The notes beneath the pieces are model-generated. The model was not told the DNA's origin, made no database searches, and worked only from the letters and a program-made list of their open reading frames with translations. Below are positions 34,498 to 36,933 of a DNA stretch of 36,933 nt, piece after piece (the stretch's first letter is position 1; each line of letters begins with the position of its first letter). This DNA is from an uncultured Chloroflexota bacterium (lineage in GTDB: Bacteria; Chloroflexota; Limnocylindria; Limnocylindrales; Limnocylindraceae). Both the position numbers and the translations under genes were made by a program. The stretch covers positions 1-36,933 of the forward strand of contig CAJARA010000032.1 of NCBI GenBank assembly GCA_903944295.1, read 5' to 3'.

Positions 34498-36033
34498 ATG
34501 GGAGTTCCACAGGGACGACGGGCCCTCATCGTGGGGAGCGGTTTCGGCGGTCTCTCCACCGCGATTCGCCTCCTCTCCGACGGCTGGCAGGTCACGATCC
34601 TCGAGGCCCGCGGCGAGATCGGCGGGCGCGCCTCACGCATCCGTGAGGGGGGCTACACCTTTGACACCGGCCCATCACTGATCACCATGCCCTGGCTCTT
34701 TGAGGAGGTCTTCGCCGCCGCTGGCGAGAAGATGTCTGATCACGTCACGCTACGCCAGCTTCAACCGGGATACCGCATCTTCTGGACCGGCGAGGGTCGT
34801 CACTTTGATTTTGGGAGCGACCAAGAGGCGCTCCGTGAAGAGATGCGCAAGTTCTCAGCCGCAGACGCCGCACAGCTTGACGCATTCATCGCAGCATCAG
34901 GAGACATTCATCGCAAGGGGATCCTGATCTCTGGTCGACAGAACTTCTTGAAGCTCGTCGACTTCGTCAAGCTCCTCCCTACCATGGCACAGCTCGATGC
35001 CATTCGTTTCCTTGAAGGCTGGGTTGCCAAGTTCTTCAAGGAGCCGCATGTGCAGCAGGCGTTTGGATTCCATTCGCTCTTCATTGGCGGCGATCCTGCG
35101 CGCGTCCCTGCAATCTATTCGGCACTCGCCTACCTGCAGATCGCTGACGGCATCTGGTACGCCGAGGGTGGCGTCTACAGCATCATTGAGGCGTTCGGAA
35201 AGATCGTCAAGAAGAAGGGCGGCAGTATTGCCCTTAACAGCAAAGTCGATCAGATCTTGCATCGTGGTGGACGCGCCGTTGGTGTGCGGACCGCTGATGG
35301 AACGATCCACGATGCGGATCTTGTGATCTACAACGGTGATGTGACGGCGCGCGATGCACTCCTTCCAGATCTTCCAGATATCTTCCCGTGGCGCCTCCGA
35401 CCGCTGCGCACCACGATGTCGGCCCACATGATGTACCTCGGCACAAATAGGAAGTTTGAGAAGTTGCTGCATCACACCCTTGTTGTGGGCGACGATTACC
35501 ACGGCTTCATCAAGGATGTGACACGCGATCGGCGCATGCCACGCAGCAACGCCGTCTACATCCATGCACCGTCGCGCACGGAACCGGCAATGGCGCCTGC
35601 GGGAGGCGACTCGATCGCCATCCTCCTCCCCGTCCCGAACCTGCGCTCTGGCGACGACTGGAACGAAGCGGAACAGCGCATGCGCGACCGCACCCTCGCC
35701 TGGCTCGAAGACTGGGGCCTCCCCGGCCTGCGAGAGAGCATCGTGGTGGAGCGGAGCTGGACGCCGCTCACCTTCCGAGACGAACTCCTCGCCCCAGACG
35801 GAAACGCCTTCGCCGTGGAGCCGTCGCTGCAACAGTCGGCCTACTTCCGCCAGCCGAACCGTGATCGTGCGCTGAGCGGCCTCTACTACGTGGGCGGCGG
35901 CACGCACCCAGGGGCTGGGATGCCTGGCGCCCTCCTCACGTCGCAGGTGACGCAGGACCTGATTCGCGAGGACTACCGCGGACCATTCAGCTCTCACGCC
36001 AGCGGACCAACAGGGAATCTCGTCGCGCCGTGA
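34498..36033 (+). CDS. crtI: Phytoene desaturase (CrtI-family FAD-dependent carotenoid desaturase)
   Basis: N-terminal dinucleotide fold ALIVGSGFGGLSTAIRL...LEARGEIGGRA and the C-terminal GLYYVGGGTHPGAGMPGAL motif. AGGAGGG RBS lies upstream. It is followed by crtB with a GTGA overlap. Confidence 0.88.
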   Translation: MGVPQGRRALIVGSGFGGLSTAIRLLSDGWQVTILEARGEIGGRASRIREGGYTFDTGPSLITMPWLFEEVFAAAGEKMSDHVTLRQLQPGYRIFWTGEGRHFDFGSDQEALREEMRKFSAADAAQLDAFIAASGDIHRKGILISGRQNFLKLVDFVKLLPTMAQLDAIRFLEGWVAKFFKEPHVQQAFGFHSLFIGGDPARVPAIYSALAYLQIADGIWYAEGGVYSIIEAFGKIVKKKGGSIALNSKVDQILHRGGRAVGVRTADGTIHDADLVIYNGDVTARDALLPDLPDIFPWRLRPLRTTMSAHMMYLGTNRKFEKLLHHTLVVGDDYHGFIKDVTRDRRMPRSNAVYIHAPSRTEPAMAPAGGDSIAILLPVPNLRSGDDWNEAEQRMRDRTLAWLEDWGLPGLRESIVVERSWTPLTFRDELLAPDGNAFAVEPSLQQSAYFRQPNRDRALSGLYYVGGGTHPGAGMPGALLTSQVTQDLIREDYRGPFSSHASGPTGNLVAP

Positions 36034-36933
36034 GCCCGCTCCGCCCAGAGATCCACGCACTCCTCCCAGAGGCACGGCAGACCATCAACCGCGTTGCGCG
36101 CAGCTTCTCCCTCGCCGCACGTCTCCTCCCCAACCAGATCCGCAACGACGTTGAGCTCCTCTATCTCGTCTTGCGCACACTCGACGATCTCGTAGATGTT
36201 GACGTGCGTGCTGGTGGAAGCACGCGCGACGCGGCGGAGCGGCGCATCGCCGCCATCGAAGCATGGGCGAGCGGCGAAGGGATTGGCGCGCCTGCGGGTG
36301 GCGCACCAGAGGTCAGCCGTGAGCTGCTCATCCTGGATGACCTTGCACGCCGACACCCAGATCTTCCGCGCGACGCGGTGCACGATTTTCTCGCCGGCAT
36401 GCGCGCCGACCTTGCAGGACCTTCGATAGGGACCGATGAAGAGGCGGCGCACTACTGCTATCAGGTTGCGGGGACGGTTGGTCGGCTGATGGCCTCCATG
36501 CTCGGCGTCACACCTGGTCATGAACGCGAGGCGGATCGCGCCGCTCGTGCGCTTGGATCCGCGATGCAGCGAACCAACATCCTGCGCGATATTGATGAAG
36601 ATCTTGCGAAAGGGAGGGTCTACCTCTCCGCCGCATCACTCCGCGCGCACAACGCTGACCCTGCAGCAACAAGCGGACCAACATCACTACGCGACGCAGA
36701 TCGCGGCGAACTACTTCGGGACGAAATTGCACGCGCAGATGCCGAATATGACGAGGGGCTCAACGGGATCCGCTACTTACAACATGGCGGCCGCTCAATC
36801 CGCGCCGCAGCACTCCTCTATCGAGAGATCCTGCGCCAGATTGAGCGCGATGGATACGGCGCGCGGCGTCCACACCGACCGGTGGTTGGACGTGCGCGTA
36901 AGGCAGCCCTTCTCGCGCGAGCGGTTATCGGCG
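36030..36933 (+). CDS. crtB: Phytoene synthase (squalene/phytoene synthase family), 3' end truncated by the window
   Basis: My own translation from GTG 36030 gives VSPLRPEIHALLPEARQTINRVARSFSLAARLLP...LYLVLRTLDDLVD...YCYQVAGTVGRLM...QRTNILRDIDEDLAKGRVYL. Both Asp-rich and YCYxVAGxVG/NILRD motifs are present. It is not in the ORF track because there is no stop inside the window. Confidence 0.85.
   Translation, partial: MSPLRPEIHALLPEARQTINRVARSFSLAARLLPNQIRNDVELLYLVLRTLDDLVDVDVRAGGSTRDAAERRIAAIEAWASGEGIGAPAGGAPEVSRELLILDDLARRHPDLPRDAVHDFLAGMRADLAGPSIGTDEEAAHYCYQVAGTVGRLMASMLGVTPGHEREADRAARALGSAMQRTNILRDIDEDLAKGRVYLSAASLRAHNADPAATSGPTSLRDADRGELLRDEIARADAEYDEGLNGIRYLQHGGRSIRAAALLYREILRQIERDGYGARRPHRPVVGRARKAALLARAVIG

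Noticed and set aside
34897-36075. 392-aa minus-strand ORF antisense to crtI.
   Set aside because: The plus-strand frame has clear CrtI motifs, an RBS and operon context. The antisense product is Arg/Ala-rich with no motifs, which is a typical high-GC shadow ORF.

Overview
High-GC (about 65%) bacterial chromosomal window, Actinomycetota- or Chloroflexota-like in style. It is densely coding and mostly housekeeping. I saw no integrase, transposase, CRISPR array or recognisable defence gene.

Gene content from left to right:
- The 3' end of a surface-repeat protein, then tRNA-His(GUG).
- A four-gene operon: two Pro-rich secreted or anchored proteins, an ApbE flavin transferase, and an MsrQ/ferric-reductase-like haem membrane protein.
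- An EntS-like MFS transporter, a double META-domain protein, a SIS-domain sugar-phosphate enzyme, and an orphan MsiK/UgpC-type ABC ATPase.
- Proline dehydrogenase with a divergent class-III aminotransferase.
- pepN, an archaeal-type nicotinate phosphoribosyltransferase, a YbjN-like protein, a coiled-coil M23 peptidase, and an M17 leucyl aminopeptidase.
- An SDR/epimerase, a LysE exporter, a HAD-IIA hydrolase, a YacP-like NYN protein, a small membrane Zn-ribbon protein, and ccsA.
- A dNTP-related block: nrdJ (class II RNR) with an NrdR-like box and promoter, an S33 lipoprotein peptidase, a LOG-family protein, a tiny Cys-rich protein, and thyX.
- moaA, a stand-alone LuxR-type HTH gene in a low-GC islet of about 47% GC, an iclR-acs pair, and divergent crtI-crtB (crtB runs off the window).

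The most interesting candidate is the tRNA-His-adjacent ApbE/MsrQ-like operon. It has no canonical FMN-binding substrate domain. Its ApbE has no export signal, yet it begins exactly where a Pro-rich tether of the upstream membrane-anchored ORF ends.

Other unexplained signals:
- A 440-nt ORF-free, hairpin-rich spacer between thyX and moaA.
- The low-GC LuxR-solo islet, which has its own promoter and operator-like palindrome.
- A G6/C6 compound palindrome between iclR and crtI.
- A 32-76 aa six-cysteine mini-protein in front of thyX.

All functional calls rest on motif recognition by eye. No database search was run.
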